Source of the DNA: Nageia nagi | Taxonomy: Eukaryota > Plantae > Pinophyta | Length of the DNA stretch: 64,000 bases | NCBI GenBank assembly: GCA_050084985.1 | Contig: JBITNC010000001.1 | Location: forward strand, 179,614,001-179,678,000 | Direction of reading: 5' to 3' | Shown here: piece after piece, positions 41,646 to 55,221 of the stretch | Numbering within the stretch: position 1 is the first letter of the stretch | Layout of the letters: each line of letters starts with the position of its first letter | Made by a program: the position numbers and the translations under genes | The notes under the pieces: generated by a model | Seen by the model: the letters and a program-made list of their open reading frames with translations, nothing else | Told to the model about the DNA's origin: nothing | Database searches by the model: none

Positions 41646-42257
41646 ATGATGGATGAACTAGTGAAAATAGAACCAAAATCTACTGAATTGGTGAGGAAGA
41701 AAACTACAAATTGGAAAATCCTTTGCAAGGGGGGTCTAAAAGATTTTATGGTAGCCTGTAAGGGCTTTAATTTAAGTCTTTCACTAGAAGTAGCAAAGAA
41801 ATGGAGGAATGGGTAGTACAAGATCAATTCAATAATCCTTAACTTTAATTATAAAATGGTGATGCAGGAAATCTACATGCTGGATCAAGAAAAGAAAATT
41901 AAAAGAGAGTTAAAGCTGAAAATACTAGAAGAGGATTTTAAGTTCAGAAAGAAGGGGAAGGAATTTGTGAATTCAAGGCTAGGATTTGAGAGAATGAACC
42001 TACCTAAGCCATGGGATGAAGTAGTGAAAGCCCTTATGCATTATGTAATGCTAGAGGGGAGCCATAAGGTGGTATATGTTTACCACTTTGGGCTATTGAA
42101 TCATTTCAAGCTTAAAGGGGAGGAGGTGGTCAACTTCTCTTTCTTTGTTTTCCATTCATTAGAGGTATCCATTAACATATGCAGAGGTAAACCAAATATT
42201 ATTCCTTTCCACCTATCTATTATAAAGCTAGTTTATGATATGCTAAGGTCTAAATAG
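41646..42257 (+). pseudogene. ORF of unknown TE-associated family (copy 2), one in-frame stop
   Basis: MMDELVKIEPKS..WKILCKGGLKDFM..KKWRNG*..LPKPWDEVVKALMHYVMLEG..YHFGLLNHF..NFSFFVFHSL..PFHLSIIKLVY. Confidence 0.65.
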
Positions 42258-43204
42258 CCTTAAAGAAGATTGGGAAGGGGACTAGGAATGCATGAAAATA
42301 GAAGCTCTCATAGGTTCAAGGATGGTAAGGATAATTCTATGAAAAGGTATGAGGAGGATAAAGGTGGTCAAGAAGATGAATTTTAACCCCTTTAAGTAAT
42401 GAAGGATGAGTAAGTTGTTGACTTATTCTTGGATATTAGTGAGAAGTGGGGCATCAAAGGAAAAGAATACGAGCTTCATACCTAAAATCAGAGGTAGCAA
42501 AAGAAGATGAGTGGGATGGGTAGAAGGAAAAGACCCTAGAAGGTGTTAATGGCTAAATAAGATAGGAATAAGAGAGAGAGATCAAGAAAGGAAAGAAGGT
42601 TCAAATGGAGTTAGCTATAGATATTGGTACTTCTAGCAACCTGAGTCTACCTAGGATTAACAAAGAGGAATTGTAATCCCTCATTGAAGTGGCCATAAAA
42701 AAGGTGTAGAATTAGGCAAATAATCAAAGGGTAGAGGTCCAAGAACTAGTAAAAATGGTATATATTCCTACCCTTGAAAAGTGAGGGATGAAATCCATTC
42801 TATATTTCATCATAACAAAATGCTACTTGAAGTAATCACTAAGAAAGGAGAGAGAAGCAAGCACTATGATACTAAGAAGATAGGAATTCCTCTCTTTATT
42901 GATTTGAGGTTGACTTGCATATGAATTTGAATTATTGATGTTTTTATTCCAATCTATGGGACCCATCTTCAAAATTACTAAATGAAGAAAATAAAGTGTA
43001 ACTTTCTTCTTTAAGTGGAGATAAGTAGTACCTAATTTTATAAAATCAATGTCAGCCTTCTAACATATAAAATACCAAAAAGATAAATATGTTAAATTAT
43101 ACATAAAAATATCTTTCTAATGATGTAAAGAACATGAAAAATTGAGTTAAAATACAAAATTTATGGTTATTTTAGTATCATATTATTTTTCCTTCTATGT
43201 GTGT

Positions 43205-44040
43205 AAATTAGGTCAATAATAGGTAACCATGCCCTACTAATATCAACACCTTGGTCTTTATTAATATTATTAGGGTTAATTTTAATTTCAATAGCTTTTT
43301 AAATTTTTCATTCTTGGAATTTATCACATCTAGCTAGGACTTCAATCTTATCCATGAGTTATGGTGTTTATTCTTATCTATCTATTCAACAAGGGTAGAT
43401 TTGATTATTCTATTATATTGTAAATTAGCACATTGTTCTTTATCTCTTTCACATATTGACCTACCTATTACACCAATGTAACAAGTTCCACACACACATT
43501 ATCTTATCTACACCTTTATGTTGTAAGGGTTCTAAGTGGTCCTTCACATACATGAACATGTTCTCTAATTTATTAAGAGGAAGAAAAATTATCTTAATAT
43601 GTGCTTTCATTAATATTTTGGCTAAATTATCACTTAAACCCTTGTGTATGAATTAGTATTATTATGTTCTAATCTCTCATTAGTTTTTCCTCTTTCTATC
43701 TTATTCCATGCATGTCTAATCTCTTTAGTAGAATAACCATTACTCATTAGTGTTTTAGTTAGATGCATTTTCTCCTTGTGTATGGTCATTATCTAAAATT
43801 TTAAGAGCTCTAGTTATAAGAGTATTGAGTACCCCCATATTTTGAGCATAATTATGATGAGATGAAGCATGCAATTATATGTTCATATGTATCTTTTTTC
43901 TACATACCTCATATCCCAAATCCCCATTATCCTTTTTATACACTAGTACATCTAGGAAAGGTATCTTAGTATCATGTTCAATTTCTTTTGTAAATTGAAT
44001 ATAATCATCATTTGAATTAATTTCTAGAAATATCAAGATT
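43205..44040 (-). mobile_element. Penelope-like element (Dryad-type) 3' fragment: RT thumb and GIY-YIG endonuclease
   Basis: Minus strand IQFTKEIEHDTKIPFLDVLVYKKDNGDLGYEVCRKK..LHASSHHNYAQNMGVLNTLITRALKI..SNGYS. Then KGVDKI-CVCGTCYIGVIGRSICER-KE..KAIEIKINPNNINKDQGVDISRAWLPII, with frameshifts and stops. Confidence 0.85.
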
Positions 44041-47000
44041 TAAAATAGATGAGGATATGATACTCATTTGAATTGAAATTGATTTGATCTTGCATGCATG
44101 GATGACAAAGTCTTCTTGCTTAAGTGATTCTTAGTGTTTTTATGATTGTTTATGGTTGTCTAGTTTTATTTATGACTATTTTGGAAGTAGTTTTTTATAT
44201 CTAGAGGTTGTAGAAATTGTGATTCTACAAAGATCTGATAGATTGGAGCTCTCTCTACACTTTAGCACTCCAATGGAGATTTACATTACTCTCTTTATAT
44301 CACTAATCCATTATATATCTTACAATACAATAAGCAACCTTATATAGATTTCTTAAGGAACTATAATGCAATATGGGTAAAAAATAATATTATTGTGATT
44401 AATCTACTAAGCCACAAACACTAACAACCAAATAAAATTGGATAAAACATAGAAAAATTCTAAAATATACTAAAACTAAAAATTGCCAAAATATACTAAA
44501 GATGATCATACATGATCTTGAAAATGTGTACATTATCTAGGGCTGAATGCACATGATTTGAATAGACATTAATGATTGTAGATAAACTAATTTTCAATAA
44601 AATCATGATAGAAGCCCATGATCCATAGATAAATGCATTATGATTATCTGATCCTAGACAAATAGCTAAAAACACATATTTGAGGCCAAATTTTACATCT
44701 GATCAAGTCTAGATTCTAACAAAAAGTCTCTACTTAGTCCTTACTTTCACATAGTTCTTCCAAAGTATAGAAATACAATGTTTTAAAAATAAAGTCTTTA
44801 TCAAGAACAATCTACACAAAAAATTAAGTACCATAAGAATAAAATGATTTAACACAAAGTTATATGATATAAGGATGAGTGGTTGAGAAAATGAAAGATT
44901 CAGTTGATAAACTTTATATCATTTCTATAGCCACCTAATAGACACTACAAAAGATTATCCTCTAACTATTATTGTATCAAAAGCTGATATAATTTTGAGA
45001 ATTGAATTAAATTTGTAGCTCCTTCTTCATCAAAAACCTCTTCCATTAACATTCAAATAATGCCAATAACAATGGTTCTCAATAACAATTCTTGCATATC
45101 ATTTTCATTATGGATTCTAAACCATATTTCTCTTGATACTCTTTTTTTATTATTTCTAAAAATTAACCTTCTTGTGTAGATTATTTTACCATGCTACAAT
45201 TTTATAAATTTATACATAAATTATTACATAGAATATAGCCATGAAATGTCTAATTATAAATGCAACTATGAAAAAATATTCTCACACAAATCATCACTCC
45301 TCACAATGGTTGTATAAGCATCCTCCTTCTAAGGAATTTTGAACTCACAAAAATTAAATAATTCAAATAAGTGGCCTAGGTGGCCCAACATTAACTTCAC
45401 CCCAAGAAGATCTTTCTTCAATATCATCTTCATAAGACAATCTTTATAATTTATAAATGTGTTCCCCATGATTCCTCTATAAGATACTTTTCATTCTTCT
45501 CATATATAACAAAAAAATTAAAAATATTCATAAAATATGTACTCATGAAATCATTAGTAAATAAATCAAATAATATAAAAACATCACCTCCAATGTGAGT
45601 ATATTCTTATATGTCATATTTTTTTCTTTTGTTCTTCCCTTTAAGCCATACTACTACCTTTAAATATGCGTTCTCCTCCTTTATGTAATCCTTATTTTGG
45701 TTTTTGGTGTTATAAGATACTATTCACACAAATAATCATTCATTATTGTCTCTATAAGATAACCCACATATTTCTTTTCTATTACTCCAAATGAGTACTT
45801 TTGTTCTTTCTTCATAATTGCATTTATAAGATAATTTTCATACATCTCTTCAATTTTTATCTCTTCAAAGAGAATATTTTGTGTTTGATTTTTCAAATAG
45901 AATATTTCTCACTCTAAATAAGTGATCTTCTTCATTAATCACAAATATAATAGTTTGCAACTCTTCATCATCCATAATCTATGTACAAATATCTAATAAT
46001 GATTCCAATAGATGATCCATTATCTCCTCAACAATTTTTGATTTTACAAATTACTCATCTACTCCATGTATATGATCTTCAATAAAACAAAACTCAATTT
46101 TAAGTTTTTCTTATTCATATTCATTTAAATTTTTCTTTCCAAAAAATAAATTATCCATTCATGATGAATGATCTTCACTCCATGAGAAATGCTCCATCAA
46201 CAAAATTTTGAGATTATGCCTATATTTTTGCAAGATCTGTAAGGTCCCCATGAAGAAGTCTTTGAAGGGACCCATTTGATAGTGCACAATGCATATTCCT
46301 AATGGTAAATCAATGCTCTCAAATAATTAATATTCATAGTAACTTTATCAACCTGATTTGAGATCTAGAACCAAACATAAAAATATTAGATTCTTGTCAG
46401 TAAAGGGAAAAACTATAGAAGTCTTATCCTATGTAAAAATAATCTTGTTATAGGATTTTTAGATGTGGAAGATGTTATTAATGTGAAAAATATTCTACAA
46501 TTATTTTAGAGGAAAAAACAATCAAGGGGTCCACCTAAAATAACATATTTCCAAGAAAAATAATTGGGCATGTATAGTAAAATAAAAAGGCTCATTCCAT
46601 TTTCATGCTTTAATGGATCTGAGATAAAACCATAAAAGATGCATGATTTCCTCTACAAAATTGCAAAAAATAGAGATGGGGCTCTCTACACCAAGGTACC
46701 TAATATGTTGACCCAAACAAAGTGCATGAGAAGTAAGACTACATGTAAAAAAATGCTTGTTTGGGTTCAAGATAAGGATCCCAAATAACTCTAAATCAAA
46801 TATTCTAACAAGGATTTGACTTCAATGCCCACTTTTGGTTAAGTGTTGCACCATGGTAAAATGTGTAGAGATTGAAGCATACTTTAAGATAGCTTTATGC
46901 TTCTAAAGATCATGTTGATAAATCCAACCATAGTACTCCCACTAAAAAAATTAGAATTTTTATGAGATTTCATGCCATATGGAGAATGGGATACTATTCA

Positions 47001-50000
47001 TAACTACATCATAAGTATTTTTATCATTTGACTTAAAATATGAATTCGTTTGAATAATTCCTAGGGAATTTAATCCTTGGTATGAGAAAAAAATATCTTA
47101 AATGGTGGTAAACCCTTTCTTGTAAAATTATTTTGTAATGACCCACCCAATTTTACTATTAAGACTCGAGTATTATCAAGGATTCAAATGAAATTAAGTT
47201 TAAATTATGCTATGTGATGATAAATTTTTAATAGTGATATGTTTTATTTGTGTCAATTTTTTGTTGGCTTTGAGATTTTTAACATAGGTTACAAGTTAAA
47301 TCGAGATGGAAAATACAAGAAAATACCCAAGGAACCAAGGGTGAATTGGTGATATAAATAAAAGGGTAAAAGTGAGCAAATGATTGGCATTGGTTTGCTG
47401 ATAAACCCTAATGATCATTGTAGATCATTTAGATGCATGGTGATTTTTGATTTTGATGATGAATGTGTGTGTGTACTAATGAACTTACCATGCAAGATGA
47501 AGAGATCACCATAGGTAAAATGAGTGTTAAAACCTTACTATGTGATTTTAAAACTTAATTCAAAAAAGGAAAGGAATATTTCCTTCTTTTAAATTTGAAT
47601 TTTTACTTATGGTTGTTAGTAAAATAGAATGAAATATAAAAAGTGATAGCTAGAAAGGACTAATGTCACTTTATGGATGTTACAAGGTATTTGGTGTTTT
47701 ATGAAAATAATTGAGATATGATCCTATTTACTTTGTTTCTTTGTGTTAGGTATGGGAAATAATTGGCCTTAATTTGTTAGTTAATATAAAAAAGTCCAAA
47801 GTATTTAATGTTACCACACTTATCAACAACTTTTATTGAGACCTACCACAAAAATTATTGAAGGAATGAGTAGACATTTATTTGGAATTCTTATAGCCAC
47901 CTTGGCTATAAATAAGGGAGAAATCTCAGGAGAATTCACTTCCATTTCATTTTTCATTAGCTTTGGTTTAAGATCCCGTGAAGAAGAGAAGTATCTCCTC
48001 CTCTCAAGCCAAGGTGCTTCCCTTTTTATTTTAAATTTTAATGCTATAGATTTATGTGGTATTATAAGGTTTTGAAAGGAAAGAATGCTTAATGTAGATT
48101 TACAAATATGATATTACGTGTAAATTTTGTAATAGGATTTTAATGAGGAGACATGTTATTTATCTTATTTGAATATATGCAGATGAAGCTTATTCTTAGA
48201 TAAAGGTGGTATAGTTTATTAGTTTGTTTTCAAAGTCTATTATATAGGAAACATTAGAGTACATTAGTTGTATGGTGGGACATTATATTTAATGGTTGAT
48301 AAGATTAGTCTCTGTGTAAGCCCCACCCTTAAAGCTCACAAGAACTTTTCATAGAAAAATGATCAAGGTCCTCTTTCTTAGTCTCTTGTCTCTCTCTCTC
48401 TCTTTGATATTTTTCTTCTTTTGTAAGAACCTCCAAACAATTACATACCATGAGATTGTATTCATTTTGTGTGTATTATATTAACAAATGTTGTAGATTT
48501 TGGCTTTATGCATGATCATTGTATTTGCTTAATGTTGAAAAAGCCCATTTTGCATGTAGGTTGTGATCATTATAGACTACATTTTTTCATACACCTAATG
48601 GACTCTTTCATTGTATTCATCTTATTCATATCCTAATATATTTGTATTCACTATGTTTGCATTAGACATCTTACCAAACACTTCACATGCCTTCTATACA
48701 TGTTCGCATTATGCAAACATGTCTACCAGTGCACTCACAACTAGGAGATAGTGCCCAAGGTGTCATCTAAACTATCTTGCAGTATATAGTTGATGGATAA
48801 TGCTGAAAAGTGCCACATTGGACTCCCTCTCAATGTTAATCTTATGGGACCAAGGTAACCCCACTCCAAATAAAACCTTCAAAGATTTCATATGCATTTG
48901 TTGTCCATAGTTGTTGAATAAATTTCATCAATTGCTAGAATAGTAAGGTAAATGGGTGACCATGGTTGAATTAATAGGTGTTATTTGATATATTATTTTA
49001 GTTAGTTAATGTTATAAATTCATTACAATTTTTCATATAAGGAGGGGAAAAGAAAGTTTCCAAAGTCATTAATATTTAAACAAAGAAGTATCTAATATTT
49101 CATATAGATAATGACTTCTTAATTTGATATAATTTTCAAATAATGAGAAATTAAATCTGAATTATGAATTAAGATTTATATTTGTATGAATTTTAAACTC
49201 TATACTCATGATCGAGGAAGGGAGGTAGTCCTAGAGATCACCCAAATCCTTCTAAGGTATATAAGAATAATTTTGAGTGAAGTGATATGTAATAAAATTC
49301 ATTTGCATTATGGTCAAATATGAAAATGAGTTGTTCTGATACTCAACCTTCTAACCTTCTTAGTACTCAAGCCAACACTTTTTGGGTCCTTGGAAGAAGC
49401 TCAAATATGAAGAAGAATCTACATCAAAAGATAATATGCATCGAAGACCCTTTGGATCAACTTGATGTATTTGTCATATTTTTTAAGGGACCCTCATTAA
49501 ATAATCAAGGTTGCCCTTTTTTAGTGAACATTAATATTATTTTGTAATAGTTTTATAATATATAATTTGTGGGGCCTTCATGTATCATTTAAGATTTAAT
49601 TCAATGGGTATTTGGTATAATTTTATGCTTAAATGGGATCTTAAAGTTAAATTAGGAATTATATGAAGATGGTCAATGAATGGTAACAAATGAGATCCTT
49701 ATTGTATAACATTAAAGGATAGAGGAATGTATTCTCTAAATTTTTATTAGTAGTTTTCCATCAAGAGTGTGAATATGTGAATATAAATATACTATTACCT
49801 TAGAATGGTTTAATGATAAGAAAGAAAATTATATCTTAGAAGAAAACTCTTAATGTTGACTAATTTTTTGGTTCTAAGTATTATAACTTTTGAATTTAGT
49901 TCAAATCATCTATTGAATGCATAGGGATTTACAAATTTCATTGTTTTAATATACAAACTCAAAAATAATTCCAAGTTAAAAAAAAAAAAAAAGAACTACT

Positions 50001-50406
50001 AGGGAAGTTAAATTAATTATAGGGATTGCTAATAACCCTTGTAGATGGGTCTAAAATGAGAAATTAGTACTTGGCAAGTTAATAAGAAAATTAAAAATAA
50101 AAAAGGTCACCCTAATTTCTTTTAAAACATATGGATAGAGTTTATTTTATAATTGAAAGGGAGCTCTTAAGAATTCTAGTATATTAAAGGGATAAAAATA
50201 GGTACAAATGAAATTAGCTTATTGAATTAATATTTCTTAAAAGAGAAAAAAAAATCTTATGATAAGGGAAACTCTTTAATTAGAATTAAAATAAACCCTA
50301 AGTATTAATTATTTCTCGACCCTTGTAAAGGAATATAAAGAGAAGCTTAGACAGTTAGTGTTCTAACATATAGTAGGAAATCCATTGATGTGTAAGTATA
50401 ACAAAA

Positions 50407-50408
<2 letters not shown>

Positions 50409-50461
<53 letters not shown>
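50409..50461. repeat. (AT)26 microsatellite
   Basis: Seen directly. Confidence 0.98.
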
Positions 50462-50462
<1 letters not shown>

Positions 50463-51893
50463 CAAATACTAATGAGAGTAATTCTAAGATATATAAGGAT
50501 ATTACTTATATTATGGAAAAGGAAGGTAATCAAAATTATTGGAAGAAGACTTGGGAATCTTTGAATAGTGAAAAGAGAATAAAATAGGATCAAATGAGAG
50601 AAATGTTATCGATAAGATGAAGAAAGACTTAGGATTTGATTGAGACTAATATTATTCTTAGGGATAGTTGTTCAAGTTATGGCTTCAATAGTACATCTTA
50701 TAATGAAATTTATGTGTAATATCAAATCAATAAATGTGGAAAATAAATTTAGAAGAAACCTAGTTTTAAAGAGAAACCATAAAGGAATCAGATCAATTTA
50801 AAAGGGGAATTTTGGATGGATTCAATGTGGAATACTTGTTATATGGACCTCCCTTGCAAAATAACAAGAAAAAAATATACCTATAGTAAGGAACACTTAC
50901 ATCATACTTCATTTATAGAAGTAGTTGACTCTAGTATCATCTCAAGGTACGTTACTAAATACTAGTATGAGAACCTTTATAAAGTAGTATTAATTATGTA
51001 GTACCATGCATATGGGATATTTGTAGTACTTCTATATATCTTTATGATTTTCTAAGAAAGCTTATTTTGAGTCTTCTTGAATAATGTTTTCTTATTGATT
51101 TTAAACACAAAATATGATTTGTTCTAATACCTCATGCATGGTATGAACATGGAACTTAGAATCCTAATAATTGATTTAGGATTAGTTATTTTAAGATTAT
51201 TAGTTCATGGGTGGTTTTTATTTATAACCTTGCTTAAAATTACTTAGACTATACAAACCACTTGAGGGTATTTCTCAATTCCTAAGGCTCCCCAAGATAT
51301 TGGCATGGGGATGTTGGATCCCATGGTGAGCCTAACCGATAGATATGGTTAGGCTAGTGTCTCGTATCCTTGATAGGGTGTCAAATGAGGATAGCAATTG
51401 ATAAAATTAAGATTACCAAGTGAGGGTAATTTAGTATTCATACTACTTGTAGTTAATCACATAGGAGTATGATGATTGTTCCATAGGTGATGATGTTTTC
51501 TTGCTCATAAAACATTTTGCCTAGGATAAACTATTTGCTCCTATAATTCAAAGGGTTATCATCAAGTGAGGATGTGTAACCTAGTGGATGTACGTTCTCT
51601 TAGGTGATATGGATCTCAATTAATAAACCACTACACCATGTCCAAAATATCTAGTTCACAATTAATGAATTGGAAATGGTGGGATCACATCTAAGGCATC
51701 TCCTCAATAAGATGAGCATTATGGAATGAACACCAAAAATGGTTTAATTAGGGTTGGTTAATCCAAACTTCAACCAATATTTCCATGTGGGTGCTAAGTA
51801 GCTAGCAATGTTGATAAGCTCATGTGGATCACTTGGATCCATTCCTAGATCATTCAAGTGTTTAAACTAATAAAACAAATTAGGTCTAAAATT

Positions 51894-52999
51894 TGTAATG
51901 TCCCCAAATTTGTAAAATGTCCACTTTCTCTCCTCTTGGAGTGTGATGTTCATGGCAAAGGAGGAGAAACCAAAAATAAATTAATTTAGGAGTATTTTAT
52001 TAATATTTTGCATTTATTTTTGTAACCAAGGCTAAAGAGACCCTTGAGGCACTTACCCTTGGATTTTATTTAATTAATCTGGCTCAATTATTTGTAATTA
52101 ATGAAATGTTAATCTCTCATAATGGGACATTGCATTTATGAGCCATTGATCTTGTAATTTGGCATCTCTAGGCAACCATTGTGGGACGTTGGGCTTCTTG
52201 GGTCCCTAGATGATTTAGTTTGTCATCCCAAGACACCAAAAGAGGGACATTGCACTTTGGGTGATTCCAAGGTATGAGATATCTTGTTATAAAAGGAGAT
52301 AGGATGCATCATTTGGGGGTATGCTTGAAGATCATCAGAGTTTATCTCTTTCTAGGGGTTAGCAGCTAGTGGAGTTACAACTTTCCAGCTAGCTTAGTGG
52401 GAGAGCTTGAGCCAATATGGAGGAGTTCTTACCTAAGCTAGGATAGTAGCTCAAGCTAGTGAGGTGGAGTTGCTAGAGTAGCTCGAGCCAGTGAGGTGGA
52501 GTTACTGGAATAGTTCAAGCCAATGTGGTGGAACTATTCCATCCCTGATCTAGATCAAACTAGTGGGGCAGATCTAGATCTAGCCAGTGCAGCCATATTC
52601 TAGATCCAAATCTAACCTACCAAATCAGTGTGAGGAGGCACATCCTAGATCCAAACTAGCTAAATCAGTGTGAGGAGGCTCATCCAGCATTGGGGAGAAG
52701 AGATTGAAGAACTTGCAGGGCTAGATCATCCAAATCTACCTTGTGAGGGAAAACATCCCCCTTCTTGAGCATTTGGGTATTTTTCCTTGAGTATTGTACT
52801 TGTCCATTTGGGATGCCCCAGCTCTTGAAGAATAAAATTCTTTTCTAGCTCTATTTCTTATTCAATTTGCAGATTCAATTTGAATTGAGCTAGATGGAAA
52901 AATATAAAATTATATATAAATTTATAAGTAGTGATATTTCAACTTTGGAATATTACACTTTAACAAAAATTGCATTTTGTGAGTTTTGGGGATATTACA
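51894..52999 (+). repeat. 5' LTR (1106 bp)
   Basis: TGTAATGTCCCC...GGGGATATTACA, with terminal inverted repeat. Confidence 0.95.
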
Positions 53000-53000
53000 G

Positions 53001-53012
53001 TGGTATCAAAGC
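53001..53012 (+). promoter_or_regulatory. primer-binding site (tRNA-iMet)
   Basis: TGGTATCAAAGC, 1 bp after the LTR. Confidence 0.92.
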
Positions 53013-53040
53013 TAGTTTTATTGCCAGCCTATATTAGCTC

Positions 53041-53495
53041 ATGCCACCCAAGATCCATAATTACTACTTGAGAGGAAGAAGTGATCTTGATTACCAGTCA
53101 AGCTTGGAGGAGAGAGATGTAATAGATCTGGAGGGATCTAAAGAGTGGGAGGAAGCTAGACAAGGGAACATGGTCGATTCCAACATAGCCATCCTGGATG
53201 CATTAAGGAAGATGATAGAGCAATTATAGATACTCACATCCCAAAGAGGGAACCAGACTCCACCACCCAGCTGGGAGAATAGAAACGACCAAGGAGAGAG
53301 CTCATCTGGGTCTAGATCTCGTTATCAGAAGTCTGTACCTGTTCCACCTAAGCCTCTTTTTAGAAAAGAGGAAGCTCCAAAGGAGATCTATTGGAGACAT
53401 CAGGAGAGGCTCGACCAATTGTTCGATGCATACATGGCCAAACTAGTAGAGTACAGAAACACCATATCTTTCCAAGAATTTCATGGATAATTGGA
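53041..53495 (+). pseudogene. 5' fragment of retroelement gag
   Basis: ATG 29 bp after the PBS: MPPKIHNYYLRGRSD..ILDALRKM..QGESSSGS..PPKPLF..NTISFQEF. Called from position and style rather than a diagnostic domain. Confidence 0.6.
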
Positions 53496-53499
53496 GGAG

Positions 53500-54309
53500 A
53501 AGGATTCTTTGAATGTTTCAGAGTTTAGGAGTGGAAATTGGAAGTATGCAGTAAAAGGTGAAGTAGGGGATTTATTTGTTGAAAATGCAAAAGAATTGGT
53601 AAATATTTGTGGAAAATTAGCTAAATCTTTGAATTCAAGGTTTGTTAGATTCGAAGATGGGAGTTCTAGCTTGTTTTGTGAAGTTTCTGATGAGAATTCG
53701 GCTCTCAATTTCTGAAAATGGTCACAAGAAGCTCTGAAACCCACAAATATTGCCTCGAGGAGAGTTGAAAGGAGAGAAAATCTTATTTCCTTACCCATGG
53801 TTGAAAATTCTAAGCAAGGGCTCAGAAATGGATAAGGAACCCCAAAGTTAAAGTGAACTTTTGAGTCTGAGGGAGAAGGTCAAATTACTAATGGTAAATT
53901 TCCATGAAGATCATCTAGTTTTTTTCCTTCTTGGTAATCTTCGAGTGCATAAACTCCTATGTCAAAGTGTCAAAGAGGATGAAAGATTTTATTACCTTCT
54001 AATTGTCTCCATGCGAAAGTTGCTTCAAAGCTAAAAGTGATGGAAAATGAGCACCTCTATGCTTCACGCCTTGCTTAGGCCAGAAAAGATCTCTGGCTAG
54101 ATAGGCAAGAAAAAGCTTACACTGCTTGGCTAAATTTTGTTCTTAAGCAACCCATGAAAGCTAATGCATCAAAAAGTAATGTAGTTAATAGTAATTTGGT
54201 GAATACTACCAATGGGAATAGAGGCAGATACGATAGCGAAAGCTCCTAGCGAACATCGAGGTAACAAATGATAAGAGGAATCAAAGGTTTGGTCATTGAT
54301 GGAGGTGCA
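53500..54309 (+). pseudogene. ASPM: captured N-terminal fragment of an ASPM-like (abnormal spindle) gene
   Basis: Frame 1: SSA*TP..AKVASKLKVMENEHLYASRLA*ARKDLWLDRQEKAYTAWLNFVLKQP..*RTSR. It resembles remembered plant ASPM-like (RRLKAFELxQSQSSRKA..LTVWLNFLFENP..WRSPKR) and animal ASPM (W.EKQE.GFTWWLNFILTP). The core match is 53941-54265; the 5' boundary is uncertain. Confidence 0.72.
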
Positions 54310-55221
54310 GGGATTCCTCTCCTGGCCAATATGTATGGGAAGTTTTTAGGTAGTCTAATGGTACAGATCATGGTTTTGCAGAGTGTGATATGGTATACTC
54401 TTATGGTGATTTTATTTGAATATAGAGGAGCTAGGATACTTATTGCTGAGAAATTTCCTAACACTGGAGGCAAAATTATTTCACTCAGGGTGGATTCTGA
54501 TGTGGTTTCTTTGGATGGGTGTGAGGCTCTACAAATGGAGGTAGAGATTGGAGAAGACAAAAAACTTTATGTCACAATTAGGAGATCTACATCATCAAGG
54601 TCTATAATGTCTTCGCATAGATCTCTCCCTTCTCTTACTCCATGGCCTTCTAATCTCATCGGTGCAGAGATTTATTCTGTGCATTCATCTAGGAATCCTA
54701 TGCCCAGAGGTTCGAGCTTTAATCATATGGATTTTCATTCAATGTTGAATGGTAGAGGGGGAACTAATAATAATAATAATCTAAGCCTGCACCATTCAAA
54801 TTTCTTGTCTATAGATTTGTATTCCATGAATTCTTTCTGAGGTCCAACACTCAGAACTTCCAATTTTGATGAGGACATCAAGGGTTCGAATCATGGGTGC
54901 TTCAATTCCAATCTATATGGGCACAGGCCATAGGGTAGCTTGGGGAGAAGTACTAGTGGAGGGATGGAAAGTGCAACTTCTTTGGGATATCCTACACCTA
55001 ATCTAGGAATTTTGTCCCCTAATGATACCAAGGCTTTGAAGAAATATGGAATTAATAGGTCACCGAACTAGAAAATGAATGAGGGGTCTAAAGAAATTCA
55101 TATGTTTGTGTGGAGTTCTAGCACTTCTTTAGGTTCTGAAGCTGCTAACCAGCTCCATCTTTTGAGTGGTTCTAAGCATGGACCACATGTGGATAACAAA
55201 CATGATACTCACTCCCATCAT
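54310..55221 (+). pseudogene. PIN: captured fragment of a canonical PIN auxin efflux carrier (end of N-terminal TM block plus hydrophilic loop)
   Basis: [101 protein letters not shown]. Stops at 54838, 54931 and 55069. Confidence 0.96.

Noticed and set aside
43117-43140. Minimal hammerhead-like motif CTAATGA-TGT..ACA-TGAAA beside the Penelope remnant
   Set aside because: The core is mismatched, it is on the strand opposite the element, and no stems I/III were found.
44100-51500. Several LTR-like and gag-like relics (e.g. TGTAATGACCC at about 47134)
   Set aside because: Boundaries and TSDs could not be established by eye.
54268-54840. Functional PIN gene
   Set aside because: It lacks the first TM helices and the whole C-terminal TM block, has stops and mutated motifs, and lies between LTRs.
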